From Octopus vulgaris (Eukaryota): DNA of 64,000 bases. The stretch covers positions 3,968,001-4,032,000 of the forward strand of contig OX597840.1 of the NCBI GenBank assembly GCA_951406725.2, read 5' to 3'. Below the pieces are notes generated by a model, which saw only the letters and a program-made list of their open reading frames with translations, ran no database searches and was not told the DNA's origin. Below are positions 41,514-54,345 of the stretch, one piece after another; the first letter of the stretch is position 1; each line of letters begins with the position of its first letter. The position numbers were made by a program, and so were the translations under genes.

Positions 41514-41660
41514 GAAAATGGCTTTTCTGATAATCTTTCCACTTTAATAATTAAATGTTTATACGTTTATTATTAAAGTGGAAAAATTATCAGAAAACCC
41601 ATTTCTATTCATTTTTCCAAATACTGTACCAAAAACTTTCTATCTCTTATACTACTATAT
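41514..41660 (+). mobile_element. Fold-back element (~43-bp arms, 41514-41605) plus tail, adjoining (TA)n
   Basis: GAAAATGGCTTTTCTGATAATCTTTCCACTTTAATAA pairs with TTATTAAAGTGGAAAAATTATCAGAAAACCCATTTC. Confidence 0.65.
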
Positions 41661-41711
41661 ATGATGTTTAATACATATACAATCTCTGTATATACATGTG
41701 CACATCCATAT

Positions 41712-41778
<67 letters not shown>

Positions 41779-41799
41779 AGTGTGTAAGTGTGTGTAAAT

Positions 41800-42030
41800 T
41801 ATGGAGGTCGTGGTCAAAGTTTCTCTCGTATTAATGAGCTTGGCTTTTGCAAAACACGGTCACAGTGCTAATAGTCCATACCGCTGTGAAATCCAACATA
41901 AATCATTTCTTTGGAACGGACACTTGACTGGTGGTCTTAAGAATCCACGCAAGAAGGAAACCATCTCAGTGTGACGTATGTTATAAAATATTACCAACGA
42001 ACAAAACTTTTACCTAGTAACACACATATC
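41800..42030 (+). pseudogene. Decayed tandem C2H2 zinc-finger coding fragment (~3 fingers)
   Basis: Manual translation across frameshifts: RGQSFSRINEL / HSANSPYRCEIQHKSFLWNGHLT / LRIHARRKPSQCDVCYKI, then stops. Matches H..EKPY.C..C.KSF.....L..H.RIH spacing. Confidence 0.6.
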
Positions 42031-42489
42031 CAAACGAGGAAATCATCATGCCTGGGAAAAGAACCATGATCTGCCTTTCTCTGCAGCGTGCCTGACGGTG
42101 AGAGTAAATAATATCTTCTTTGAACGAAGTTTCCTCGTGGGTAGATTTGAAATCAGATGCGTTTCTAAAGTAATTGCAAACGTTAATATTTGAAAGAAGA
42201 GCGTTAAAATAACCAATTTCGATGCTGCAACTGAAATAGCAAATTGTTTTCAAGATATCAAATGAGTGCAATATGGTTGGAAGAAAGTATTTATTTGAAT
42301 GTTTATTACAGTTTGTGATTGAATATCTCCAACCATTCTGAAAACATTTGATAATATTAATACGTGCACATATATGAATGTGTGTGAGCATTTGTGTGCG
42401 TGTATGTATATAATATATGTATATTTTATGTATATGTCTGTGTGTTTATATATATATATGTGTGTGTGTATGTGTGTGTCTTTATATGT

Positions 42490-42700
42490 GTGTGCGTGTA
42501 TCTTTGTCACTGTCTCCCCTCCTATCGCTTGACAACTGGGGTTGGTGTGTTTACATCCGTGTAACCTAGCGGTTCCGCAACTGACACCGATAGAATAATT
42601 ACCAAGCTTATAAGTCCTGAGGTCGATTTCTTCGACTAAAAGACGGTGCTCCAGGATGGACGCAGTCAAAGGACTGAAACATATAAAAGAATAATAGAAT
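42490..42700 (+). mobile_element. SINE S1 3' half (another decayed 3' half at ~57300-57475)
   Basis: ATCGCTTGACAAC..CCGATAGAATAA..GGTCGATTTCTTCGACTAAA..GACTGAAAC. Confidence 0.8.
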
Positions 42701-42802
42701 GAATATATATATATATGTGTGTGTGTGTATGTGTGTGTGTGTGTGTGTGTATGTGTGTGTGGTTGTGTGTGTATGTGTGTTTGTGAGTGTGTGTGTGTGT
42801 AT

Positions 42803-43330
42803 AAATAATCAACAGGCTATCAAGTAGTGATGCAGTACAACCGTTTCAAGCGGCTCCATTTAATTGAAGAATGCAATCATTACATCAATTTAAAATGTAA
42901 CGCGATCTTCAGCTGCACAAATAAATAATTAACTAGAATTTTAACCCGTCGGACACATTAATAAAATTTTTCTCCAATATTTTAACAGAGCAAAAAGATT
43001 AAAGAAATTCATGTTGTCGCTATTGAATTTCTTCCATCTTCTTTCTCTGTCAAAATATTTGGGAAAAATTATATTAATGTGTCCGACAGGTTAAAATTCT
43101 ATTAATTAATTTATTTATTTGTGCAGCTAAAGATGGCATTATATTTAAATTGCTGTAATGATTGCATTGTTCAATTAAATGGGGCCGCTTGAAACGGTCG
43201 TACTGCATCACTTGCTTCATATCCTGTTGCTTATTTTGATTTTATTCACCTCACTTCGAGCTGTGTGGATAATACCGGACTGACTTGGTGCTTCAATTTA
43301 AGTACCTAATTCAACTGAATCTCAATTTTA
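42803..43330 (+). mobile_element. Fold-back element H-D: ~210-bp inverted repeat with a hammerhead in each arm plus unique tail
   Basis: 42803-43011 is the reverse complement of 43024-43236. Terminal TTTAAGTACCTAATTCAACTGAATC..AATTTTA is shared with ~41051-41085. Confidence 0.85.
42831..42917 (-). ncRNA. Putative type I hammerhead ribozyme with long helix II (mirror copy at 43122-43207(+) has G5A)
   Basis: TGCAG-CTGAAGA-[~58-nt stem: GCG/CGC, CATTT/AAATG, AATTGA/TCAATT, TGTAAT/ATTGCA]-GAAA-CG-GT-TG-TA-CTGCA. Confidence 0.7.
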
Positions 43331-43723
43331 TATATATATATACATTCAAGAGATACAGACAGACTACGATTGGTGTATACATATACGGATTTAATAAAAG
43401 AATTGTCTAAAACATATATAAATACATTCAAAATATAGAGTTATAGAAATATAAAAATATATATGAATGTTAAAAATATACAAGAATACAGAAATATATA
43501 CATATATAAATATAATGGAGTATAGATAAAAATATAGATGAGGATAATAAAATATATATATAGAAAGACATTTCGTTTTAAAATTGTGGAATGCAGATAG
43601 TAATAAATGTTTAAAAAGACTCTTTTAGTACCATACTTAAAAATGTGATCGCTAGAATGATACAGTAGGACAGATAGATAGATAGAGAGAGAGAGAGAGA
43701 GGTGGGTAGATAGATAGATAGAT

Positions 43724-43776
<53 letters not shown>

Positions 43777-43816
43777 CAGACAGAGATATAGATACAGACG
43801 TGTGTACAGACATATG

Positions 43817-43860
<44 letters not shown>

Positions 43861-43862
<2 letters not shown>

Positions 43863-44215
43863 GGCGTGTCTGTGTGGTACAAACCTTACTTCCTAACAAG
43901 ACGGTTCCGGGTTCAGTCCCACTGCGTGGCACCTTGCGCAAGTATCTTTTACTATAGCCTCGGGTCGACCAAATCCTTGTGAGTGGGTTTGGTGGGTGGA
44001 GACAGAAAGAAGCCCGACGTATACATATGTGTGTGTGTGTGTGTGTTGGTGTGTTTGCGTCCTTGTAACTTAGTAGTTCGGCAACATAACCTGATATAAT
44101 AAGTACTAGGCTTACGAAAAGCAAGTCCTGGGGGTCAATTTCTTCGACTAAAGGCCCTCTAAGATGTGATCCAGCATGACCGCAGTCAAATGACAGAAAT
44201 AAGCAAAAGAATAAA
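43861..44215 (+). mobile_element. SINE S1 with internal deletion
   Basis: S1 head, body and tail blocks present. Confidence 0.87.
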
Positions 44216-44276
44216 ATGATATACATATATACACATACATACATATATATATATACATATATATGTATATATTATA

Positions 44277-44368
<92 letters not shown>

Positions 44369-44388
44369 CATATATATATATATATGCA

Positions 44389-44453
<65 letters not shown>

Positions 44454-45091
44454 TATGTATATATATATGTCTATGTATATATATATGTCTATATATATAT
44501 GTCTATATTGAAAATATTAAGGTTATTCAAATTACACAACAACGTGTTCGTATGAGAGAGATTGTTCTGTTTATATTGGCTTTGGAAACAGTGAAATGCC
44601 TCATGCACACCTTAAATATACTTTTTATTGAAGATATTATAATATCTGTGAGGAAATGTTTATGAGTCATACGAGAAAAGCCCATTAACATTAGGACGAA
44701 CATTTAGGCTATAGAGCGGATTGCACCATATAATCTTTCGTTTCTAAATTTGACATTTGTGGATAATTGTATATTTCTGCATGTAATTTAGTCTTTCTTT
44801 GAAGCGAGTGTCTTTTGATACATTATAATAATAAGCAACGAAGTTAAAGGAATCCTATTCAGATAATAAGTTAAATATGCACTTAATGCTATTTATTAAG
44901 ATTTTTCAGTCCAAAGCTATTATTTATAGTTTTATGTACTTCGAAATCCATTGTTCTTCCAAAATAATTATTTCACGTTCCCTCGAAAGTTTATAAATAC
45001 TTATGATTTCCGTATTAAACTAATACACCTACTTGTTATTCCTACACCGGCCTTCCTCTTTTGTTTTCTGTATATATAAATATATATATAC

Positions 45092-45155
<64 letters not shown>

Positions 45156-45220
45156 CTATGTACATAATACATATATACATACATACGATTATTTATATGT
45201 AATATTATATATTTAACATT

Positions 45221-45254
<34 letters not shown>

Positions 45255-45317
45255 GTATTGTGTATATATATATATATAGTATTGTATATGTATATATATG
45301 TGTGTGTGTATATATGT

Positions 45318-45360
<43 letters not shown>

Positions 45361-45444
45361 AAAGTCTTTGTGGAGATTATTTGATACAGTTTTACCAAGT
45401 ATATATATAAACATTTATATACAAATATTTATATATATGTATAC

Positions 45445-45670
45445 ACACAAATTTTTGTCTCCTTGTTGCTCTCCTTGTTTTTTTCTCCTTTTTTCTCTCC
45501 TTTTTTTCTCTCCTTGTTTCTCTCCTCGTTTCTTTCTGTGCCCCTTTCTGTAGAAGAGCGTAGGCTCGAAACGTAAAAGACTTTTTCTATTCCTGGGCGT
45601 TATACTAATACATCTGTTTATTTTGTACACCACCTGTTTTCGTCTTTTGTTTTTTTCGTAGACTCTCCCT
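45445..45670 (+). mobile_element. Hammerhead-bearing element family H-A (core 45544-45579); a decayed H-A tail also lies at ~44980-45072
   Basis: CTTT-CTGTAGA-A-GAGC-GTAG-GCTC-GAAA-CGT-A-AAAG; tail ATACTAATACAT..CACCTG..TTCGTCTTTTGTTT then (TA)n. Confidence 0.75.
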
Positions 45671-46301
45671 ATATATATATATATACATATATATATAGAT
45701 ATATATATAAACATTTCTACATAAATGTGTGTTTTTTTCACGTCTTTATGTCAACTTATGCCGAAAAACAATTTAACATTGAACTGAAGTATTGCTCAAT
45801 GCTTTATAGTAGAGTACATATTCGTTTATTTTTACAAGGAATATGTTGACAGTGACTTCGAAATACAGGTTTACTCTCCACCATGAGTCTGACGACGGTG
45901 AGTAATCTCAAGTTTTGAAGTCATTATCAATTTTTTCCTGTAAAAATTAATATGTATACATATGTGTGCGTGCGTGTATGTATATATATATATTTATGTG
46001 TGTGTGTGTGTGTATGTATGCATTTATAATTTTATGATGCTGTTGCTACTCTTGCTGTTTTAGCTACCGCCTAACACTAGTTGAGCAGATCTTTTATGAA
46101 AAGCATTCCAGCTGTGCCCATCCAGACTTTTATAACTACATTGCCTAATGTATATTTTTCTTTTTTAACACATTTTGTCACAATTTCAGAGAGATTTAAC
46201 TGCTATTTCTAGCAAGCCGTGTGTCTGCGTAGAGGGGCTCTCATTGCCTTTTTTTGTCTTCATTAAAGTTAAGCGGAACAGCTGGATATATATTTGGTAT
46301 A

Positions 46302-46547
46302 TTGTGTTGTCAGATAAATTCGTTCGTTTTTTGCCAGTACTTCCAGATTGGCACTTTATCGTTTTGTTTGAAAAGCAGTAAAATTTATTCAGTTTTACAA
46401 ACGACAAATGAAAATTGTAGAGGAAGCATAGAGCTACAAAAAAATCAGTTCGTTAAACACCATGATAAAAATGTTTTTCGTGTTAATTCAAGCAACATTA
46501 GAAATGATTCGAATACAAAAAACGAACGAATTTAACTGACAAGTCAA
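46302..46547. mobile_element. MITE with ~30-bp terminal inverted repeats (Tc1/mariner-like)
   Basis: TTGTCAGATAAATTCGTTCGTTTTTT ... AAAAAACGAACGAATTTAACTGACAA; TA at the left end. Confidence 0.75.
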
Positions 46548-46623
46548 GAGGTGTACAGACTAGAAGGAACAATGGAGAAACGCAACAGCGCATAAATCTC
46601 GCATCTGTCCCAGGCCGACTCAA

Positions 46624-46990
46624 AGGACTGGCTGTGTGGTAAGTAGCTTGCTAACCAACCACATGATTCCGGGTTCAGTCCCACTGCGTGGCATCTTGGG
46701 CAAGTGTCTTCTGCTATAGCCTCGGGCCGACCAAAGCCTTGTGAGTGGATTTGATAGACGGAAACTGAAAGAAGCCTGTCGTATATATGTGTTTGTCCCT
46801 CTAGCATTGCTTGACAACCGATGCTGGTGTGTTTACGTCCCCGTCACTTAGCGGTTCGGCAAAAGAGACCGATAGAATAAGTACTGGGCTTACAAAGAAT
46901 AAGTCCTGGGGTCGAGTTGCTCGACTAAAGACGGTGCTCCAGCATGGCCACAGTCAAATGACTGAAACAAGTAAAAGAGTAGAGAGAGTA
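46624..46990 (+). mobile_element. SINE S1 with unexpanded internal microsatellite
   Basis: All S1 blocks present; only TATATATGTG between GCCTGTCG and TTTGTCCC. Confidence 0.92.
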
Positions 46991-47472
46991 ACCGCTTTCA
47001 GTCACGTGAGTTTTTCAATCATTTTGTGACGGCGTACATTTTCCGATATCGCCTTCCGTTTTCTTTATCAAAATTAAAAACGCACAATTATTGCAACAAG
47101 GATCTACTTAGCAAACAACTCCTCTCTCTGTTTCTCTTCTCTAACGTAAGGTAAAATCCTAAAATGTCTGCCTCAGCTATCTGACAAAGAATGAAATCCT
47201 GAAACATTACACTTCCTACAGTAAATACAGCTTACGCAAGTTTCAGTCAACGAAACTTTAAATAAACTCGCTTTGAATTAATATTTGTCTATGTCGCTTC
47301 AGGCATTCTATGATTTCTAATATTTAACTGAGGAGAATTGATACATTTTTTGAATAAGTAGAGTGTCAGAAAAATTGCTTTGGAGCAATTTATCACGTCA
47401 CTTTACATAGTGAATCCAAGTACTGCAGAGATGTAATTTACCTATCATCAACCAATATCGAGATATACATAC

Positions 47473-47505
<33 letters not shown>

Positions 47506-47506
47506 A

Positions 47507-47560
<54 letters not shown>

Positions 47561-47692
47561 TTATTTTTAAGAAAAAATATATATTCAAATAAATTAAACA
47601 TAATATCATGAATAGCGAGAGCGAAACCGGTCGATATATTAAAAAGTATATTAAAACCATGTAAGTGTGCGTATTTTCCTTTTTTAATTTCT

Positions 47693-47759
<67 letters not shown>

Positions 47760-48140
47760 ATTTGTGTGTCTTTGTCTGTGTGTGTGTGTGCGTGCGTGTG
47801 TATGTGTGTGGGTGTACACATATGTATATAAACATACACTTCAGCTTAATGGTTCTGGTGAAGTTACTGGATGTAACATAAGCGCTCAGTTCTCAGTACA
47901 CTGCTTCTCGTAGCAGAAACATCTGTAAACTAATGAAGTTGATTGCTTGAGCTCTGTTCCCTTGTCAATTCATTAATTATTATTACGCTATGCACTGACC
48001 TGACAAATTGCTCCATAGCATATATATTTTAAGTTCTAACAACTAGTTACCTTTTGTACCTAGGTGAAATCATAATATATATATATTTTATATGCATATA
48101 TATGTATTACAATATATATATATATATATATGTGTGTGTG

Positions 48141-48189
<49 letters not shown>

Positions 48190-48190
48190 T

Positions 48191-48224
<34 letters not shown>

Positions 48225-48503
48225 TATATGCGTGTATATGTACATGTAGAGGTAAGTACGTACATATATGTTTATATATATGCATATGTTTTATTTTATT
48301 TATTAATATATATATATATATGTATATATATAAAGAGAGAGAGAGAGAGTGTGGTTGTATACTGTCAACATAACGTGACAAGCCCGTAAAGGGAATTACA
48401 CCACCGCTATTTAGCCCTAGGAAGCATCGACGCTTCATGTCGGCTTTGACACATTTCCTGTGTCCTTATATTTGCGATGGGGAGGCAAGCACCCCCACCA
48501 GCT

Positions 48504-48572
48504 AGGACTAGCAACCTGAAGACATGCATGTTTCTGAGTCTTGCCTGTCATCAGTCCAGGGTAGTAAGTCCT
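48504..48572 (-). ncRNA. Putative type I hammerhead ribozyme with palindromic helix III, on a long imperfect stem (48467-48608)
   Basis: AGGACT..CCTGGA-CTGATGA-CAGGCAAGACTCA-GAAA-CATGCATG-TC-TTCAGG..AGTCCT: intact core, GUC triplet, helix I 6 bp plus distal 6 bp. Confidence 0.75.
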
Positions 48573-48689
48573 CCTAGTTGAGATACTTGCCAAGCCTTCG
48601 CAAATATATATATACATTTACAGTGAAATCTATTCACTGGTCACCGTAATTAGAACTATTGAATTTCTAAATGTCTCAAAGAGACGTGA

Positions 48690-48920
48690 CTGCTTCATCT
48701 TGAGGGATGATAGCTGCCCCATCAACACACACACCACACTCCATCACACAGCACAATCACTCCGTTTGATGACTTTTCAGACCAGCTGCTGACTGACAGG
48801 GTTTAAAACACAAATGACAGTTACTATTCAAGTTTCTTCTGTATCTGTGCCCTTTGAAATTTGATTCTGAAGGAAAGTTTTTGTGAACTAGCAAATGTCT
48901 TTTAAGTTTTGTGACATATG
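48690..48920 (-). mobile_element. Probable RTE-type LINE 3' end with C-terminal zinc-finger-like motif
   Basis: CHLCFKPCQSAAGLKSH resembles the C..C...C.S..GL.SH terminus of RTE ORFs. Confidence 0.55.
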
Positions 48921-49004
48921 ACACAAGTCGTGAGAGGTGGTTGGTGTCCAAGCTCAATACCTCTCTGGGCATTACGATTTTCATGTGACTTGATATGGTT
49001 CACG

Positions 49005-49039
<35 letters not shown>

Positions 49040-49060
49040 ATATATGTGTGTGTATGTATG

Positions 49061-49128
<68 letters not shown>

Positions 49129-49159
49129 AATATATCTAGATGAATTTGACTCTCTCTAA

Positions 49160-49792
49160 ATCGTTAAATGTTTTTCCTTGCAATGAGTTCTGTAGAGACA
49201 AAAACAAGTGGTAGTCGGATGGCGCAGTAGCAGGGGAATATGGTGGATGGGGTAAGACATCCCAGCCGACTTCATGCAACGTTGTTCAGGTAGCCAAAGG
49301 CACACGTAGTCGGGCGTTGTCTTGTTGGAACACTACCCCTTTCCTGTTGGCAATCTCCGGCCTGTTTTCTTTTATTTTTTTGTTCAAATTAGCCAGCTGA
49401 CGACAGTACATATGAGAATTAATGTTCTGGTTTTGTGAGAGAAGCTCATAATAAATAATGCCTTTATGATCCCACCAAACACAAAGTATAGCATTTTTGG
49501 CATGGATATTCGTCTTTGGTTGCTGTGAGGGGGATCCTTATGCAAATTCTAGTATCTTTTTTGCACTACATTTTCATATACAATCCATTTTTCATCACCA
49601 GTCGCAAGTGGTTTCAAAAAAAGGCACGCTTTCATTCCATTTCAAAAACATATCACAAATGGAATACTGGTCCAAGCAATTCTTTTCTGAGAGTTTGTGA
49701 GGGACCCATATATTATAGCGAGAAATGTATCCTAGCTTCACTAGGTGCTCATGAGCCGTACTTCTAGAAATGTCCAACTCCTCTGCAAGTTC
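49160..49792 (-). pseudogene. Mariner (DD34D) transposase pseudogene
   Basis: ELAEELDIS.ST..EHL..LG..WVPHKL..VTGDEKW..FQQDNAR..HPPYSPATAPSDYHLF.SLQN. Exactly 34 codons between the 2nd and 3rd Asp; stop and frameshifts present. Confidence 0.93.
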
Positions 49793-50337
49793 TCCATTTC
49801 AAATGGTTATCCATTTCAAATGTCAATAAAGGGTAACCGGAATGGAAGATAAATCTATTTTTAATCAGGAACAAAGAGATGCACTACCACTTGAAGCAAC
49901 GCCAAAGTTTTAACTGTGTTCGTTTCATGTATGTTCAATGAAGCGTTAAAATATTTAGCATAAAAGGGCTCAGAACTTTCCCGACAAAATAATGTGTGTG
50001 TGTGTGTGTGTGTGTGTGTTCTGCAATTTCTGCGTATCAAATCTTGCTCATCAGTCATTAATCAACACGAAAAAGAACTATGGTAGGGGGGAGACATTTA
50101 TTCAACCGAGTTTCTGCAGAAAGGGGTTCACAAATTAACACGGAACCACGTGAATATGAAAGGGATTTCTTAATCCCACACTCACGGTTATCCTCTATTT
50201 TATTATACACTTCTTGTGTGTTTCTTAGAAACCTGAAGAATTGCATCTTTTTTTTCTTCCGTCATTCCTTGTTCTTTTTTTATGCGCCCTTTTCAAGCCT
50301 AGCCGGGCTCATGGGCCCGGTTTCCCGGTTTCTGTGG

Positions 50338-50502
50338 CGTGCTTTCATTCCGTTTCAAAAGCATATCACAAATGGAATACCGGTCCAAGCAATTCTTTTC
50401 TGAGAGTTTGTGAGAGATCCATATATTAGAGCGAGAAATGTATCCTAGCTTCATTGGGTGTTCATGAGCCATACTTTTAGAAACTTCCAACTCATCTGCA
50501 AG
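50338..50502 (-). pseudogene. Second mariner transposase fragment (HTH-WVPHEL region)
   Basis: LEVSKSMAHEHPMKLGYISRSNIWISHKLSEKNCLDRYSICDMLLKRNES is a paralogue of 49625-49792. Confidence 0.88.
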
Positions 50503-50880
50503 CGTTACTCAAGAAACAGGAAGAAAGAGTGAGAGAAAGTTGGGGGCGAAAGAGTACAGCAGGGGTCGCCACCTCTCCCTGCCGGAGCCGCGTGGAGCTT
50601 TGAGTGTTTTCGCACAAGAAACACACACAACGCCCGGTCTGGGAATCGAAACCTCGATCCTCCGACTGCGAGTCCACTGCCCTAACCACTGGGCCATTGC
50701 GCCTCCACTTGATGTTGGAGCGAAAGAGTACAACAGGGGTCTCCACCACTCCCTGCCGGAGCCTGGTTGAGCTTTAGGTGTTTTCACTCAATAAACACAC
50801 ACAACGTCCGGTCTGGGAATCGAAACCGCGATCCTCCGACTGCGAGTCCGCTGCCCTAACCACTGGTCCATTGCGCCTCC
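50503..50880 (-). mobile_element. Two tandem SINE S3 5' halves (50503-50707 and 50718-50880)
   Basis: Each minus-strand copy begins GGAGGCGCAATGG(C/A)CCAGTGGTTAGGGCAG..GGTTTCGATTCCCAGACC. Confidence 0.9.
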
Positions 50881-50979
50881 CTTTGTTCTTTTGCAATACT
50901 TTTTTTGTTTTAATTTGTTTGCAACGCAAAACAAAATCACTCATTTTACAGCCGGTTTCGTTGAGATACGTCAGCACAA

Positions 50980-51372
50980 GTGAGCTTGTTTACCAACCAC
51001 ATGGTTCCGGGTTCAGTCCCACTGCGTGGCACCTTGGGCAAGTGTCTTCTACTATAGCCTCGGGCCGACCAAAGCCTTGTGAGTGGATTTGGTAGATGGA
51101 AACTGAAAGAAGCCCGTCGTATATATGTATATATATATATGCGTGTGTGTGTTTGTGTGTCTGTGTTTGTCCCCCCTAGCATTGCTTGACAACCGATGCT
51201 GGTGTGTTCATGTCCCCGTCACTTAGCGGTTCGGCAAAAGAGACCGATAGATAGAATAAGTACTGGGCTTACAAAAAGAATAAGTCCCGGGGGTCGATTT
51301 GCTCGATTAAAGGCGGTGCTCCAGCATGGCCGCAGTCAAATGACTGAAACAAGTAAAAGAGTAAAAAGAGAG
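50980..51372 (+). mobile_element. SINE S1, slightly 5'-truncated
   Basis: Near-consensus S1 body and tail. Confidence 0.92.
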
Positions 51373-51714
51373 TATAGAAGCCACGATTTATGTGCCATAT
51401 ATGTTACAACCAGATGTACCTTGTATAATTTTATTTCCACAACAGTGTCAATCGGTATTTTCATTTTTCGTTTTGTATCTCTCCCTTTCTCTATCGAATT
51501 AGAGTATTCGATAACCACATCGTTTTCCTCTTTCTTTTACTTTTTCTTCTTATTTTTATTTTTCCATTTAATATTTTTTATCTTCATACATTTTTTCATA
51601 TTTTAGTCATATTTACCATATTTTATTATTTAATTATTTTATTTTTATTTTTCATTTTTTATTTCTGTTTCTTATATTTTATATTTATTCTATTTAATAT
51701 TTTTATTCTATTTA

Positions 51715-52068
51715 TTCTATTTTATTATTTTTATTATGTTTATATTTTTATTATATTTATCCTATTTTATTATTTTTATTATGTTTATATTTTTATTATA
51801 TTTATCCTATTTTATTATTTTATTATGTTTATATTTTTATTATATTTATCCTATTTTATTATTTTTATTATGTTTATCTTTTTATTATATTTATCCTATT
51901 TTATTATTATTATTATGTTTATCTTTTTATTATATTTATCCTATTTTATTATTTTTATTATGTTTATCTTTTTATTATATTTATCCTATTTTATTATTTT
52001 TATTATGTTTATCTTTTTATTATATTTATCCTATTTTATTATTTTTATTATGTTTATCGTTTTATTAG
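51715..52068. repeat. 45-bp AT-rich tandem repeat, ~8 units
   Basis: TGTTTAT(C/A)TTTTTATTATATTTATCCTATTTTATTATTTTTATTA, e.g. at 51961 and 52006. Confidence 0.93.
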
Positions 52069-52487
52069 GATTATTTTCTATTTCTATTTTCTATTTTTCA
52101 AAATATGATTTCATCTTGATTTTTATTCCCCATCTTGTTTCCCCTCTATATTTTTTGGTATTTTTGTATTTCTATTTTACTATTTATTCATTTATTTATT
52201 TTGATTCTGAAGAATTAGTTTTGAAATTCCTCTGTCCCGATTTTTATACCATTTGATAAGTCATCTGTAAAACGTTTCCGATGAGGTGAAACCACTGACC
52301 GCATTTTCAAATCTCGATTGATACATTTATTGACATTTAACCGATGTTTTTTTTTTATAGTCTTCATTTATATATTTCAAATATTATTTGTTTGTTTTTA
52401 CTTATAACCCTTCATAATCCATGCTTCTGTTTATTTGTTATTTTCAATTTTGCAACCTTTCTGTATTTCTACCATATCTGTATATAT

Positions 52488-52554
<67 letters not shown>

Positions 52555-53624
52555 CATATATATATGCATATATAACATATATGTATGTATATATAACATA
52601 TATGTTGTATGTATATATATATATGTGTGTGTGTGTGTATGTACAAATACAAATATATACATATATCATATTTGTATAAATATAGATTCATACAAATATG
52701 CATATATGTATATATGTATATGTATGCATGTATGTATATATACATATGTATGTATGTATATATATATATATACTAATATATATATACGTTGACATATACA
52801 TATATATATATACATATACATATACATATGTATATATATATATGCTAATATATATATTTATATATTAAATATATATATATAGACACATATATATGTATGT
52901 GTTATATATATATGAATATATATACATATAAATGCATGTGTATATACACTAATACATATATTTATATATGTGAATATATATGTGTATACATATATTTATA
53001 TATAAGCATATATATATATATGTGTGTGTGTTTATGTGCGTATATATATATATACATATGCATACATGTATTTATCGCTACATGGCTAAGTGAATGTGGC
53101 AGGAATTGAGTTGTTTACTGTGACATGTATAGTTCATGGTAGGGTTCTTTTAGTTTTGTTCTGATTTTTTGTTTTGTTTTTGGAGGGTTTTTGTACATCT
53201 TTAATTAGAAACAGTTCTGTTTCTGACAGTCGTGAGTCGTTTGTTTCTAATTGTTTTTTCGCTTGTCGTTCACTAATTGGTTTGCGTTAATATTTAATTT
53301 GTTAGACGCATGTTTCATCGCCATGAAAATTTGTAAATTCCGGTAACATATTACACACTCTTGACGGTTGTAATTCAACAGTATTAAAGTCTTTCTGCAC
53401 ATTGCTGTGGTCAAGTGGTTAGGATGTTGCACTCTCATGATCGCAAGATGGTAGTTTCGATTTCCAGTCCGGGTGATGCGTTGTGTTCATGTGAAAAACA
53501 TTTCATTTCTCGTTGGCTTCGTACCAAAATTTGGGAATCGATAAAGTGCACTCAAATATTGGGGTCAGTGATTACCAAATAATTCCCTCCCATTAAAATC
53601 GATGACTTTATGCCTTAATCGGAA

Positions 53625-53955
53625 GGCAGGGAGCTACCAGAACTCTTAGTATGGCGGACAAAATGCTTAGCAGCATTTCGTCAGTCTTTACATTCTAAGC
53701 TCAATTTCCGCCGGGGTCAACGATGTCTTTCATCTTTTCGGGGTCGATAAAATAAATATCAGTGATATACTGGGAACTATGTAATCGACTTTCACTCTAC
53801 CCATTAAATTCCAGGCCTTGTGCCTATAGTAGAAAGGATTATTAACACGCCAAAGGCGGCAAGCTAACAGAACCGTTGGTGGCATTTCGTCCGAGTTTAC
53901 GTTCTAAGTTTAAACTCAGCCATAGTCGACTTTGCCTTTCATCCTTTCGGGAATG
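53625..53955 (+). mobile_element. Two decayed SINE S2 copies in tandem
   Basis: GGCAGGGAGCTACCAGAA..CTTTCATCTTTTCGGGGTCGATAAAATAA, then GGCGGCAAGCTAACAGAA..GTCGACTTTGCCTTTCATCCTTTCGGG. Confidence 0.8.
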
Positions 53956-54345
53956 ACAGCTTTAACAGGAGAAGATTGCTATCTTCGGAAAGAAGCACCA
54001 ACAGAAATGTCTCGCAGACACACACATACACACACACAAACATACACGCGCAAACACACGCACAAACACACATACATACGCAGATATGCCAACCAACTTT
54101 TTGTCTTAATCCTTTGGATTTTTTCGTCATATGACAAAGAAAGATCGGATGATAGGATCATGTTAAGACGTGACCTCGAGGGAGAAGACAGAGAAAATGG
54201 TTAACGACCATTCCTTTTACTACCAAACCAAAAAAAAAACAAAAATAAAGATCAGCAAAACTCTAGAGAGTCACACACCAGTCAACCAGTCCGATACCAC
54301 AACATCAACAACAACAACAATAACAAAATCAACAGGGTTAACAAT

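Noticed and set aside
50640-50707. SINE heads (S1-S4) as functional tRNA genes
   Set aside because: They have A/B boxes but run into long shared bodies and tails, are multi-copy and diverged, and some have TSDs.
51736-52256. Hydrophobic repeat membrane protein (MFIFLLYLSYFIIFI)n
   Set aside because: It is the translation of a 45-bp AT-rich tandem repeat, open in two frames.
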